NCBI RefSeq assembly: GCF_963921235.1
Contig: NC_086104.1
Location: forward strand, 121,334,001-121,398,000
From: Mobula hypostoma
Lineage: Eukaryota
Direction: 5' to 3'
DNA: 64,000 nt
Position numbers and translations under genes: made by a program. Shown piece by piece: positions 24,500 through 36,280 of this stretch (position 1 is the stretch's first letter; the number at the start of each line of letters is the position of its first letter). The notes under the pieces are model-generated. The model searched no databases. It was not told the origin of the DNA and was given only the letters and a program-made list of their open reading frames with translations.

Positions 24500-27400
24500 T
24501 CCCATAAGACCATAAGACAAAGGAGCAGAAGTTGGCCATTCAGCCCATCGAGTCTGCTCCGCCATTTTATCATGAGCGGATCCATTCTCCCATTCAGTCC
24601 CACTCCCCTACCTTTTCACCATAACCTTTGATGCCCTGGCTACTCAGATACATATCAATCTCTGCCTTAAATACACCCAATGACTTGGCCTCCACTGCTG
24701 CCCGTGGCAACACATTCCATAGATTCACCATCCTCTGGCTAAAAAAATTTCTTTGCATTTCTGTTCTGAATGGGCGCGCTGCAATCCTTAAGTCATGCTC
24801 TCTCGTACTAGACTCCCTCATCATGGGAAACAACTTTGCCACATCCACTCTGTCCATGCCTCTCAACTTTCGAAATGTTTCTATAAGGTCTCCCCTCATT
24901 CTTCGAAACTCCAAGGAATACAGTTCAAGAAAGGACAAATGTTCCTCATATGTTAACTCTCTCATTCCCGGAATCATTCTAGTGAATCTTCTCTGTACCC
25001 TCTTGAACGTCAGCACATCCTTTCTTAAATAAGGAGACCAAAACTGCCCACAGTACTCCAAGTGAGTTCTCACCAGTGCGTTATAGAGCCTCAACATCAC
25101 ATCCCTGCTCCTATACTCTATTCCTCTAGAAATGAATGCTAACATTGCATTCGCCTTCTTCATTACCGACTCAACCTGGAGGTTAACTTTAAGGGTATCC
25201 TGTACAAGGACTCCCAAGTCCCATTGCATCTCAGAACTTTGAATTCTTTCCCCATTTAAATAATAGTCTGCCCGTTTATTTCTTCTGCCAAAGTGCATAA
25301 CCATACACTTTCCAACATTGTACTTCATTTGCCGCTTCTTTGCCCATTCTTCCAATCTATCCAAGTCTCTCTGCAGACTCTCCATTTCCTCAGCACTACC
25401 AGCTCCTCCACTTATCTTTGTATCGTCCGCAAACTTAGCCACAAAGCCATTGATGTACAATGTAAAAAGAAGCGGCCCCAACACTGATCCCTGTGGAACA
25501 CCACTGGCAACTGGCAGCCAACCAGAATAGGATCCCTTTATTCCCACTCTCTGTTTCCTGCCAATCAGCCAACGCTCTATCCACGTATGTAACTTTCCCG
25601 TAATTCCATGGGCTCTCATCTTGTTAAGCAGCCTCATGTGTGGCACCTTGTCAAAGGCCTCCTGAAAATCCAAATATACAACATCCACTGCATCTCCCTT
25701 GTCTAGCCTACTGGTAATTTCCTCAAAAAATTGTAATAGGTTTGTCAGGCAGGATTTTCCTTTAAGGAATCCATGCTTGCTAAGTTCTGCTTATCTTGTC
25801 AAATGCCTCCAGGTACTCTGTAACCTCATCCTTGACAATCGACTCCAACAACCTCCCAACCACCAATGTCAAGCTAACAGGTCTATAATTTCCCTTTTGC
25901 TGCCTTGCCGCTGCCTTAAATAACTGAGTGACATTTGCAATCTTCCAGTCCTCCAGAACCATGCCAGAATCAATCGACTTTTGAAAGATCATTGCTAATG
26001 CCTGTGCAATCTCCACAGCTACTTCCTTCAGAACACGTGGGTGCATTCCATCTGGTCCGGGTGATTTATCTACCTTTAGACTATTCAGCTTCCTGAGCAC
26101 TTCCTCTGTCGTAATTGTGACTGCGCACACTTCTCTTCCCTGCCACCCTTGAGTGTCCAGTATACTGCTGATGTCTTCCGCAGTGAAGGCTGATGCAAAA
26201 TACTCGTTCAGTTCCTCTGCCATCTCCTTATCTCCCATTACAATTTCTCCAGCGTAATTTTCTATCGGTCCTATATCTACTCTCACCTGTCTTTTACTCT
26301 TTACATACTTGAAAAAGCTTTTAGTATCCTCTTTGATATTACTTGCTAGCTTCCTTTCATAGTTAATCTTTTCTCTCTTAATGACCTTCTTAGTTTCCTT
26401 TTGTAAGGTTTTAAATACTTCCCAATCCTCTGTCTTCCCACTAATTTTTGCTTCCTTGTATGCCCTCTCCTTTGCCTTAACTTTGGCTTTGACTTCTCTT
26501 GTCAACCACGGTTGCATCCTTTTTCCATTCAAAAATGTCTTCTTTTCTGGAATATACCTGTCTTGCACCTTCCTCACTTCTCGCATAAACTCCAGCCACT
26601 GCTGCTCTGCCATCTTTCCAGCCAGTGTCCCTTTCCAGTCAACTTTGGCCAGTTCCTCTCTCATGCCACTGTAGTTTCCTTTGCTCCACTGAAACACCGA
26701 CACATCAGATTTCGGCTTCTCTTTTTCAAATGTCACAGTGAACTCAATCATGTTATGATCACTGCCTCCTAAGGGTTCCTTCACCTCAATCTCTCTAATC
26801 ACCTCCGGTTCATTACACAATACCCAATCCAGTACAGCCGATCCCCTAGTGGGCTCAACAACAAGCTGTTCTAAAAAGACATCTCGCAGACATTCTACAA
26901 ATTCTCTCTCTTGAGATCCAGTGCCGACCTGATTTTCCCAATCCACTCACATGTTAAAATCCCCAACAATTATAATAACACTGCCCTTCTGACAAGCCTT
27001 TTCTATTTCCTGTTGTAATTTGTAGTCCACATCCCTGCAGCTGTTTGGAGGCCTATAAATAACTGCCATCAGGGTCCTTTTACCCCTGCTATTTCGTAGC
27101 TCAACCCATAAAGATTCTGCACCTTCTGATCCTATATCACCTCTTTCTAATGATTTAATATCATTTCTTACCAATAAAGCCACACCTCCCCCTCTGCCTA
27201 CCTTCCTATCCTTCCGATACACCGTGTATCCTTGGACTTTCAGCTCTCAGAGACATGCATCCTTTAGCCACGTCTCAGTGATGTCCACAATATCATACCT
27301 GCCAATCTGTATCTGTACGACAAGATCATCCACCTTATTTCTTATGCTGCGTGCATTTAAGTATAACACCTTAAGACCAGTATTTGGTACTTTTCGATTT

Positions 27401-28085
27401 GATTTCACTGCAACTTTATTGCACTGCAACTCGTCCCAATGGCTACAAATTTGCCCCATCACCTGCCTGTCTTTCCTGACATCTTTACTGCTCACTATCT
27501 TAGATTTATTTCTGTTTTCCCCTTCCTCCGCTCTATCATTCCGATTCCCATCCCCCTGCCAAATTAGTTTAAACTCTCCCTAACAGCTCTATTAAACTTT
27601 CCCGCCAGGATATTGGTCCCCTTCAGGTTCAGGTGCAACCTGTCCTTTTTGAACAGGTCATGCTTCCCCCAGAAGAGATCCCAATTATCCAAGAATCTGA
27701 AGCCCTGCCCCCTGCACCAGTCTCTCAGCCATGCATTCATCTGCCTGATCCTACTATTCTTGCCCTCGTTAGCACGTGGCACAGGTAGCAATCCCGAGAT
27801 TACTACCCCGGAGGTCCTGCTTCTCAGCTTCCTTCCTAACTCCCAGAAATTTCTCTTCAGGACCTCCTCCTTTGTCCTATCTATGTCATTGGTACCAACA
27901 TGTACCAAGACAACTGGCTGCTCACCCTCCCCCTTCAGAATATTCAGGACCCGATCCGAGACATCCCGTACCCTGGCACCTGGGAGGCAACACACCACGC
28001 GGGTATCTCTGTCAGGCTCACAGGATCTCCTGTCTGTTCCCCTGACTATGGAATCCCCTACGACTACCGCATTCCTCTTCTCCCA
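24500..28085 (-). mobile_element. Nearly complete CR1 LINE (ORF1 SGNH-esterase part + ORF2 EN/RT), few disruptions
   Basis: ORFs 27564-27998 (CLPGARVRDV...HVGTNDI), 27247-27495, 26947-27222, 25780-26946, 24594-25688 (DFQEAFDKVPH, SGVPQGSVLGP, KFADDTK); tail ataagaccataagac at 24500-24520. Confidence 0.96.
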
Positions 28086-28339
28086 TGCATTTTATCTTCT
28101 GGATGAGAGAGAGAGAGAGAGAGACCGATGGTCGGTGTGAGAGAGAGAGAGAGAGACGGACGGTCGGTCCGTGTGTGAGATAGAGTGGCAGGGACAGTCG
28201 GTGTCTGAAAGAGAGAGACTGTCAAACTCCAGCCTCGGCTCAGCACAGTTTCACTACACAGACTCTTCACCTACGCCTCACCTTGCCCCAATGGGACTCC
28301 CGCTCCAGGATCCCCACTTTGGCAATCGCTGCCTCTGTT

Positions 28340-29400
28340 GTCGGAAGAAAAACCTCACCATCCCGATCCTGGGATCTTTACCTGAGGGTATTCGGCTGTG
28401 GGATGATGCCATTCTCCAGGGGGACAATCTAGACACAGTCAGCCAAACAGAATAGGCCACTTTATTCCCACTCTTTCCTTACTGCTAGGTATCCAATCTT
28501 GTATCCATGCAAGTATTCTTCCTGTAATACCGTGGGCTCTTAACTTGTTAAACTGTGTCATGTGCAACACCTTGTCAAAGGGCTTCTGAAAGTCCAAATA
28601 AACAATATGAATTGGCACTCCTTTATCTATCCTGCCAGTTAACACCTCAAGGAATTCCAATGGATTTGTAGACAAGATTTCCTCTGATGGAAGTAATGCA
28701 GATTTTGGCCTATTTAATCTTGTGGCTCCAAGTACTCTGAAGCTCAACCTTATTAACGGACTCCAACATCTTCCCAACTACTAAAGCCAGTTAAATGGCC
28801 TATAATTTCCTTTCTTCTGCCTCTCTCCCTTCTTAAGTAGTGGAGTGACATCAGTCCCGAGGACACATTCCAGATTGTAGTGATTCTTGAAACGCCTCCA
28901 CAGTCTCTTCAGCAACTTCATTTAGAATCCTGGAGTGTTGGTAGTTCATCTGGGTCCAGCTGACTTCTCTACTTTCAGACCTGCCAGTTCCCCAAACACC
29001 TTCTCCCTAGTAATGGCAATTTCACTCACTTCTGTCCCCTGACACTCTCGCATTTCTGGCATTCTGCTATTGTCTTCTAAAGTGAAGAATGAAGGAAAAT
29101 ACTGTTTAGTTCATATTTTTGTCCCCATTACTACCTCTCCAGTGACATTTTCCAATGGTCTGATATTAACTCTGGCCTGTCTTGTATTTCGGGGAAAATA
29201 TTTTGTACCCTCTTGCTTACTATTGTCTGGCTTACCTTCATATTTCATCTTCCTCAGCCCCCATGTTTTTTTTTGCTGCCTTCTGTTGGTTTTTAAAGCT
29301 TCCCTATTATCCCACTAATAGTTGCTCTACTAAATGCCCTCTTAGCTGCGGTTCCCTCATCCTCGCTTTAGAATACTTCTTCATCTTTGGGACTCGGGAT
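28340..29400 (-). mobile_element. Old CR1 fragment, shared with 46431-47400 through segmental duplication
   Basis: ORF 28439-28777 vs 46411-46851, near-identical including the junction sequence ctgagggtattc...gggatgatg. Confidence 0.85.
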
Positions 29401-29644
29401 TCATATGCATAATGTTGCAAAGCACTCTGGTACAATTTAGGTTCCATTTTGTTATGACAAGTAAAATACATTTCCAGATCGCCTCCTTTTTGTCACTTAA
29501 TGACAACACTACATTTCACCAAATACAGTAATTGAAATGATGCAGTTTCAAAGCCCAACCCCAAAATTCCCTTTTCATCCGTCCACCTTAATGAGTGCCA
29601 ATTCCTTTCTTTAATATCCTCTCCTTTATCCTGCTATTTCACAC

Positions 29645-30400
29645 AATAATTGTAAAAGAATACCAGCCATTTCTATAATTCCGATAGTTATACCTGTACC
29701 AGAACACAGAATGGTTGCCCACCATGCTTCCAGTGTCCTGAAAGTCCGCCATCCACCTCCCAGAGTGTAATAGTTGTCATATTGATCCCCCCCTCTTTCC
29801 TACTCTCTTTGGTAGCTTCTCCAATGTGGTTTGCCAAGTTAGTTCTATTTTCTGATTGTTCAGGTTTGTAAGTACAGCAACACAGGTGATCCCTTTCTCT
29901 GAAAGAATAGAATCCCAAGCCATTCTGTCCTGTAATGCAAGTGTACGAGCAGCCATTGGTTCTGCCGACAACTTGGTTAATGCTTATTGGGTGTGATCAA
30001 AGGCAAGTGTAGTTTCATTCATTATTTTCTACAAATCCGATGCATATTAATCAATTCGCAGGACAGTCTTGCAGTCCCATATCCCAGAAAGGCAATCATC
30101 CAGAATCACTTGGCCTCTGTTATGGATGTCTGGTGCCACCAGACCAGAGGGTGGTGAGGTAGTGACGCCAAGAATTGCATGTAGAGGACCACGTAGGCAT
30201 AATAACCACAGCCCTTTCCAGGCCACAACAGTCTCCACTATCCTTCATATTCAGGGAACATGTACAGCAGCCAAGGGTGGGTCTGGTAACCACATACCCA
30301 GTAAGTACTGTTCAGTGGACGAGGAGGGCTGTGATTTATCAGATCTGTATATAGACCTTTACTGCTCCCTGGGAGAGGCATTCACCCTCCAAGTTGCAGT
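29645..30400 (-). mobile_element. Endogenous retrovirus env fragment (SU C-terminus and TM subunit), degenerate
   Basis: Across frames: TYWVCG, CGYYAYV, LRID...MNETTLAF...LSAEPMAARTLALQDRMAWDSILSEKG (ISD-like), CCCTY-PEQSEN, then a hydrophobic segment. Confidence 0.75.
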
Positions 30401-30449
30401 GACATGCTACCTGATGTCAGTACTTTGGTCACAGAAACAGCTATTTCAA

Positions 30450-32030
30450 TCAAATCTACTGCTAGAACAACCTGTGTTAAGACTAGTCAAAACCAAAAAA
30501 GAATCTGAACAAATTATAACTTTGCAAGGACAGATTTCCTCCACCCACTATAAGCTCAAAACAATGGCAACCAGTTCTGCATTATACACTGATAACTAGT
30601 TAGTAAGGCATTTATTGTTACTTTATTGTAATTCAGGCACAAACACAACCACACTGACATTCCCTGTTAAATTATCTTTTGATCCATTAGTAAAAATGGT
30701 TAACATATCACAATAATTTACATTAACATACGGATGAACCAACAGACTCAGGCTTATCAGGATCCTTGGATTTCATTAAATCATGCAATCTAAAATCAAC
30801 TAAAGCCATTGGAAAAAATCATGGTGGGGTTAATGAAAAAGCTACAGTGGGACAAATTACATAATCCAGCAAACCCATATTCCTAGCGTGATGAGAACCC
30901 AGCCAACGAAAACTAAAAGCACTCTCCTTGTGATGTTCCCAACAGTCTTGAAACACAATTTTAACAGGGTGATCATTCCTCTGCCCCCTCAAATTAACCC
31001 AGTATGTTAACAACAACTTCATCCTCCACAACTGCAAGGGTAATTGTCCCTTTTCAACCAGTAAAGCTGAAACAGGGGATGACCTTACTGCACCACAACA
31101 CAGTCTTAAAGCCGGAGCTGGTATCACATCCAAACATTTTAAATTTGAAGATGAAGCTGATGCATAACCCACACAGCCATAATCAAGTACTGTACCGATA
31201 TAATTAAACAAATATATAAAGTCAACAGAAATTTTCGGGTAGCATCCCAAAAATACCCACATGCCTTTTTACATTTGTCAAGAATCTTACTGATATATTG
31301 TTTCAATGCCAGCTTATTATCCAGCCAGATACCAAGAAATCTTACCACTGACGCTTCTTCAAGAGTTTGACTATGCAATTTCAAATTGAGTGCTGGTCTA
31401 TTGATCCTCCTTGTAAAAGATATAAATTGTGTTTTACCTACTGAAAGCTTAAAATCCCATCTATTTGCCCACCGTTCGAACTTATTAATCGCTAATTGTA
31501 TCCTACATACAGTTAAATTGATTTTTATCCCCTCTGATCCATAAAGCTCCATCATCTGCAAAAAGTGCCTATTTCGGACAAAATGGCATTAAACAATAAG
31601 CGGCTACAAATACCGCTTGTGCAGTCCCATTCTCTAGCCGTCTGAATATAGCTTTCATAAATTTACACAAAGAAAACTCTACATCTCTAATACCATCATT
31701 GCTACAGCTAACTTCCAACACATTAGGGTATTCACTTAGAATCTTATCTCTACATTGCTTAGCTTCTTCACTTCAATAATCTTGATTATGAATTGCAATA
31801 AATGACCAAGCCAGTAACTCAACCTTCTCTGTTTCAGTAACAATCGTACTACCTTTAATCAATATTGAAATGTTACTAGCCCTATGAATTACCCCACCAC
31901 TCATTTTTAATCATTCCCCAATTATCTCCAAGTTTAATATCGCTTCTAATACTATCAGAATACGACCACCCGTAAAACCTTTTTCGCAAACTTCACTATT
32001 TTCCTCACCAGGGCCTGTACCTTTTATACT
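30450..32030 (-). mobile_element. Nimb/I-clade LINE remnant (RT end + RNase H, internally deleted)
   Basis: ORFs 31139-31561 (LYGSEG..., FLGIWLDNKL) and 30819-31262 (LDYGCVGY...ALRLCCGAVRSSPVSAL). Confidence 0.8.
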
Positions 32031-32286
32031 GAACGCGGTGCGGAGCTCGCCGGCAACTGTACCTCTCCGGGAACGAACCAGCCGCTGTCAGTCACAGATG
32101 TATAGCCAATCAGATGGATGGATCAGACAGACGGTGCAAAAAAACCCGGAATGCATTGATTGACGGGAGGTGTTTGCGGCGGCAGGGTCCGCACTGAATG
32201 ATGTGGAGAGGTGAGAAGTCGTGTTTCATTGTTCATCCCGAGCAGTTGAGTGACAGAGGACTCTCACATCTCCGGGCTGTTTGCAG

Positions 32287-32426
32287 GGACACACAAGGAG
32301 ACGGACGTCAATTGCAGCCGGCAGATCATCAACTCGGTGAAAGGCGCCTTTGGTCCGCCCGACCTCATTGATCATCGAGATGTCCGTGGATGGGAGCTGC
32401 CGAATGGCGACAAGACACCGTGCTGA
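32287..32426 (+). pseudogene. Orphan terminal-exon-like remnant, copy A (xTHKETDVNCSRQIINSVKGAFGPPDLIDHRDVRGWELPNGDKTPC*)
   Basis: Acceptor gtttgcag|, strongly GC3-biased codons, AATAAA at 32671-32676; duplicated at 48007-48146. Identity unknown. Confidence 0.4.
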
Positions 32427-33286
32427 GGGAGGCGCTGAAGCCGGGTTCAGGCACCGCAGGGCTAGATGAGGAAGCGCCACAGTGTAGTGTTCCTTCACTA
32501 CTGGAGAGGGAGGGGCGGGGTTGGTTGAGGAAGCCCCTCAATTACTGTAGTAGTGTACATGATTGATAACGTGGTGTGATGGTGTTAAGGAATGTAATCG
32601 AACACGAATGAAAGCATTGACTACCAATTTAAGAACGAAAGGCGCTTGTTCTTGTTTCTTTAAAATTATGAATAAAGATATATTTCAAGTATAAAAATGT
32701 TGCAAAACCATTGGGAATCCTTCTAAGCCAACATCTCTCACCACAAATCCATCGGACAGTGGTCTGCGCGGAACTTTCTGCCGACACTGCGGGACAGCGA
32801 CCGTGGGGTGAATCGCTGAGCAAACGGCCGAACGCCGCATCGCCAGATCTCAGTAACAAGCACAAAGACATCGCTTGGCTGGCGGTGAAAGTGTCCCTCC
32901 CGGTAGGAATCTTCCTCTATCATTACCACAACACGTTACCTTCGGGACGGCTGTGATCGGGAACTCACGGTCACCACCTCTCAGCAGACCGTGGAGACAG
33001 ATGCAAGGGTCCGTGTACCGGTTCATCCCAATCAGCTGTGAAACGAAGGATTCTCTGAGAAACAGACTATTTCCCAGGTCACACACAGACGGGCATCTGG
33101 AAGATCATCGGGTCGATGAAGGACGTCCTTTGGTCTGTCGGAAATTTGTTGGTCTCTCCTGACAGTGAGATGTCGGTGGGAGAAAGCTGGTTACTGGCAC
33201 AGTCCAGGCTGCAAGAGGAGGTACTTCAGGAAGTGTCCTGGGTCCTCCAGCAGTGATGGGGCTTTTTCTCCACTGTCCCTGTCGCC

Positions 33287-33441
33287 TCAGAGTCCGCACT
33301 TTACGGAACGACCGCCAGGGGGCGCTTGGTGCGCTGGTTCGCTGTTGCTCTTTGGGAGCCCGTACACGGTGGTCAGGAATAGGAGTGCGAGCGTCTTCAG
33401 GACGAGCAGGATGTAAAAAGGCAGTGGCTCCCGAGGAGAAC
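33287..33441 (-). CDS. Gene A terminal exon: TM with intramembrane Lys + short tail (GSPREPLPFYILLVLKTLALLFLTTVYGLPKSNSEPAHQAPPGGRSVKCGL*)
   Basis: Acceptor tactctcag|GT, phase 1, 240-nt intron from V1; open frame conserved in the duplicate at 48932-49086. Confidence 0.88.
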
Positions 33442-33681
33442 CTGAGAGTAAGTCGGAGTTCAGAGTGAGACGGTTTACCGAGGTGAGCTAGGGATGGGTT
33501 GTATTCTGAGGGTTCAGGGGTTTATATATTGAATAACATTGTTGCGAGTGGGTTACAGGGTGGGATGTAATCCAAGCGTTCTGGGTGAGGGGGTTATATA
33601 TGAAATAAGAGAACTGGACCTGCGATCCAGTCCCAGGAGGAATCAGGGAAGTGGCGGTGAAAGGTGATACCGGCGACTCAC

Positions 33682-34041
33682 CTCGTACCAGGACCACGGT
33701 CCCGTTCCCTCGGAGCAGCAGCTGCCGGTCGGGAAGATGAACGGACGCCAGGCAGCGGTAGGTGTTGGAGTGGCTCGGACGGAGGTGCCGGAGTTGGAGG
33801 GAGAGTCCCGTGCCGATCTCACTCTCAGGGAGAGCATCTTGCCGCCGGGATCCCTCGGGGGGCGGATAGACGACACGTTCCTCTCCCTCCTCCTCTGTCC
33901 CGCCGACCACCCAATAGTGGTAGATGATCACCCGGGACTCCGTCAGCCCCAGAACTTCGCAGTGCAGCGTCACGTTGGAACCACTCGGGACCTCCAACCT
34001 CCGAGGCCACTGGGACACGGAGAGGGTGGCGAGCGAGATGT
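33682..34041 (-). CDS. Gene A exon V1: VJ-type Ig V domain, NKp30/NCR3-like
   Basis: 360 nt, tgttacag|AC ... CGAG|gtgagt (phase 1-1). LSVSQWP...VTLHC...YW...LSLQLRHLRPSHSNTYRC...RGNGTVVLV; 68 residues between the Cys pair. Confidence 0.92.
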
Positions 34042-35286
34042 CTGTAACACAGTGAGGGAGGGAGAACGGTGAGCGAGCGTCTGTAACACATGGAGAGAGA
34101 GAAAGAGAGCGAGAGAGTAGTGAGGGAGCGTCTGTAACACAGAAAGGGAGGGAGTGGTGTGAGGGAGCGTCTGTAACACAAGGAGGGAGAGAGTAGTGAG
34201 GGAGGGTCTGAAACACAGGGAGGGAGAGAGTCTGTACAGAGAAAGAGGATGGGAGGGGCAGAGATTGAACGTGGAGTGATATCAAACTGTAAGGAAAGAG
34301 TTAAACATGATTCGTCCTTGGTAAGTGCTAAAATAAAAAGGAAGTCTGCCAGACAACATGGTGTTAACCCGGAGTGGAACTGATTTGAGAAAGTGGAAGG
34401 AGTACAAGTCTCCAGCCGAGAGAGTAGAACATGATTAATACAAGTTTGAGCGGGGAAGGCGAGGCCTTTGTTCAGGTACCAAATAGTCACCCATCAGGGA
34501 GAGTTCTGGGATAAGAGTTATGTTGGAGTTTTAAAGGGATATTGAAGGATGTTAATACGGGTAAATCTTTGTGCAAGTGGGGAGAATTTTCCATCAGAGC
34601 ACGTTAGGACCAGTGATAACGGTAAGAGTTGGGGAAGATAGACACAGTTACGTCCAGAGAGAGAGAGAGTTTTCCATCCGGCATTTGCAGATCAGCTCGT
34701 TCAGTGGACGGGAAGTGTTTGTTTTTCGCTACATCATTAACCCTTCTTTTTCCTTTTTGCATTGCATGGTTACATAGTTCTAATAAAACAATTTATTGTA
34801 GTTTAACACGTGTACAGTTGTCCCCTTTGTTTGCAAACACAGACCCGAGTGCTTATTGCTAACTCAGGAAAGAACACAACGAATTTTTAAACAATTATCG
34901 TTACGCAAGCACAACCCGAAATCGGGCAAACTCTGCCTAACACCCCCATTTTCCCCATGTCCCTCCTCCCATTCATCCCGTTTCCATGACATTTCCCTCT
35001 CGTCCTCAGGCGTTCCCTGCTCCCTCTCTCCCAACCCAAGTCCCATTTCCACATCCCACTCACAACTCCACTATTCCCCACTCGCACAATTTGTACACAG
35101 ACACACACACAATTAGATACACTAATATACTCCCCAAGATCGGGTTACAGATGGAATCTTCTCTAGTGCTTCGACGGAAATGTATCTATGGAAAAACTGC
35201 ACCGAATACGGGATCAGCTCCCAGGAATGATGCGGGAATCTGGGGGCAGCTTGCGGGGAACGAGGGCAGTGGGACCGGAGACTCAC

Positions 35287-35646
35287 CTCGTACCAGGAGC
35301 ACGGTCCCGTTCCCTCGGAGCAGCAGCCGCCGGTCGGGAAGGTGAACGGACGCCAGGCAATGGTAGGTGTTGGAGTGGCTCGGTCGGAGATGCCGGAGTT
35401 GGAGGGAGAGTCCCGTGGCGATCTCACTCTCAGGTAGGGCGGCTTCCTGCCGGGATTCCTCTGGGGCTGGGTAGACGACACGTTCCTCTTCTCCCTCCTC
35501 CGTCCCGCCGATCACCCAATAGGGGTAGATTATTACCCGGGGCTCCGTCAGCCCCAGAACCTCGCAGTGCAGCGTCACATTGGAGCCACTCGGGACCTCC
35601 AACCTCCGAGGCCACTGGGACACGTAGAGGGTGGCGAGGGAGCTGT
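35287..35646 (-). CDS. Gene A exon V2: VJ-type Ig V domain
   Basis: 360 nt, phase 1-1, open frame, same canonical sites. Confidence 0.92.
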
Positions 35647-36280
35647 CTGTAACACAGTGAGAGAGAATAGTGAGGGAGCGTCCGTAACACATAGAGGGAA
35701 GGAGAGGGAGCGGTAGATGAGAGAGTTCATGTAACACAGTGAGGGAGGGGGATGGCGAGTCTGTAATACCTGGAGAGAGAGTAGTTAGGGAGCGTCTGTA
35801 ATACAAGGAAGGAGGGAGTGGAGTGAGGGAGCGTCTGTAACACAGGGAGGGAGAGAGTAATGAGGGGGCGTCTGTAACACAGAGAGGGAGTAGTGAAGGA
35901 CCGTCTGTACACAGGAAGAGGACGGGAGGGGCAAAGATTAAATGTGGAGTGATAGCAAATTGTAAGGAAAGAGTTAAACATGATTCGTCTTTGGTATGTG
36001 CTAAAATAAAAAGGAAGTCTGCCAGACAACATGGTGTTAACCCGGAGTGGAACTGATTTGAGGAAGTTGAATGAGTACAAGTCTCCAACCTGGAGAGTAG
36101 ATCATGATAAATACAAGTTTGTGTCGGGAAGGCGAGGCCTTTGTCCAGGTACCAAACAGTGATCTATCAGGGAGAGTTCTGGGGTATGAGTTATGTCAGA
36201 GTTTTAAAGGGATATTGTAAGGGTGTAGGTACGGGTAAATCTTTGTTTAAGTGGAGAGAATTTTCCATCAGACCACGTTA

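Noticed and set aside
30450-32030. Nimb-like copies at 30.5 kb and 44.3 kb as part of the A/B segmental duplication
   Set aside because: Their positions relative to the shared CR1 fragment differ and they cover different parts of the element; more likely separate insertions.
32700-33286. Extra cytoplasmic exons (ITIM isoform) downstream of the TM exon
   Set aside because: Candidate exons contain stops or lack tyrosine motifs, and the best donor is deleted in copy B; treated as 3' UTR.
33850-33880. YPPP motif suggesting CD28/CTLA-4
   Set aside because: It lies in the C'-C'' region, not the FG loop where MYPPPY sits, and is not conserved (YPAP, YPLP, YPIP).
34048-34054. Perfect RSS heptamer CACAGTG next to the acceptor of V1, V2, V4, V7 and V8
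   Set aside because: No nonamer at 12 or 23 nt, absent in V3/V5/V6, and the V exons are already VJ-joined. It is simply part of the acceptor (cactgtgttacag).
34042-35286. A leader exon or Ig-type promoter inside each repeat unit (ATGTTGTCTGGC..., octamer-like ATTTGCAG)
   Set aside because: No conserved ATG-hydrophobic-donor arrangement; candidate donors are not shared between units; the octamer has a mismatch and no linked start.
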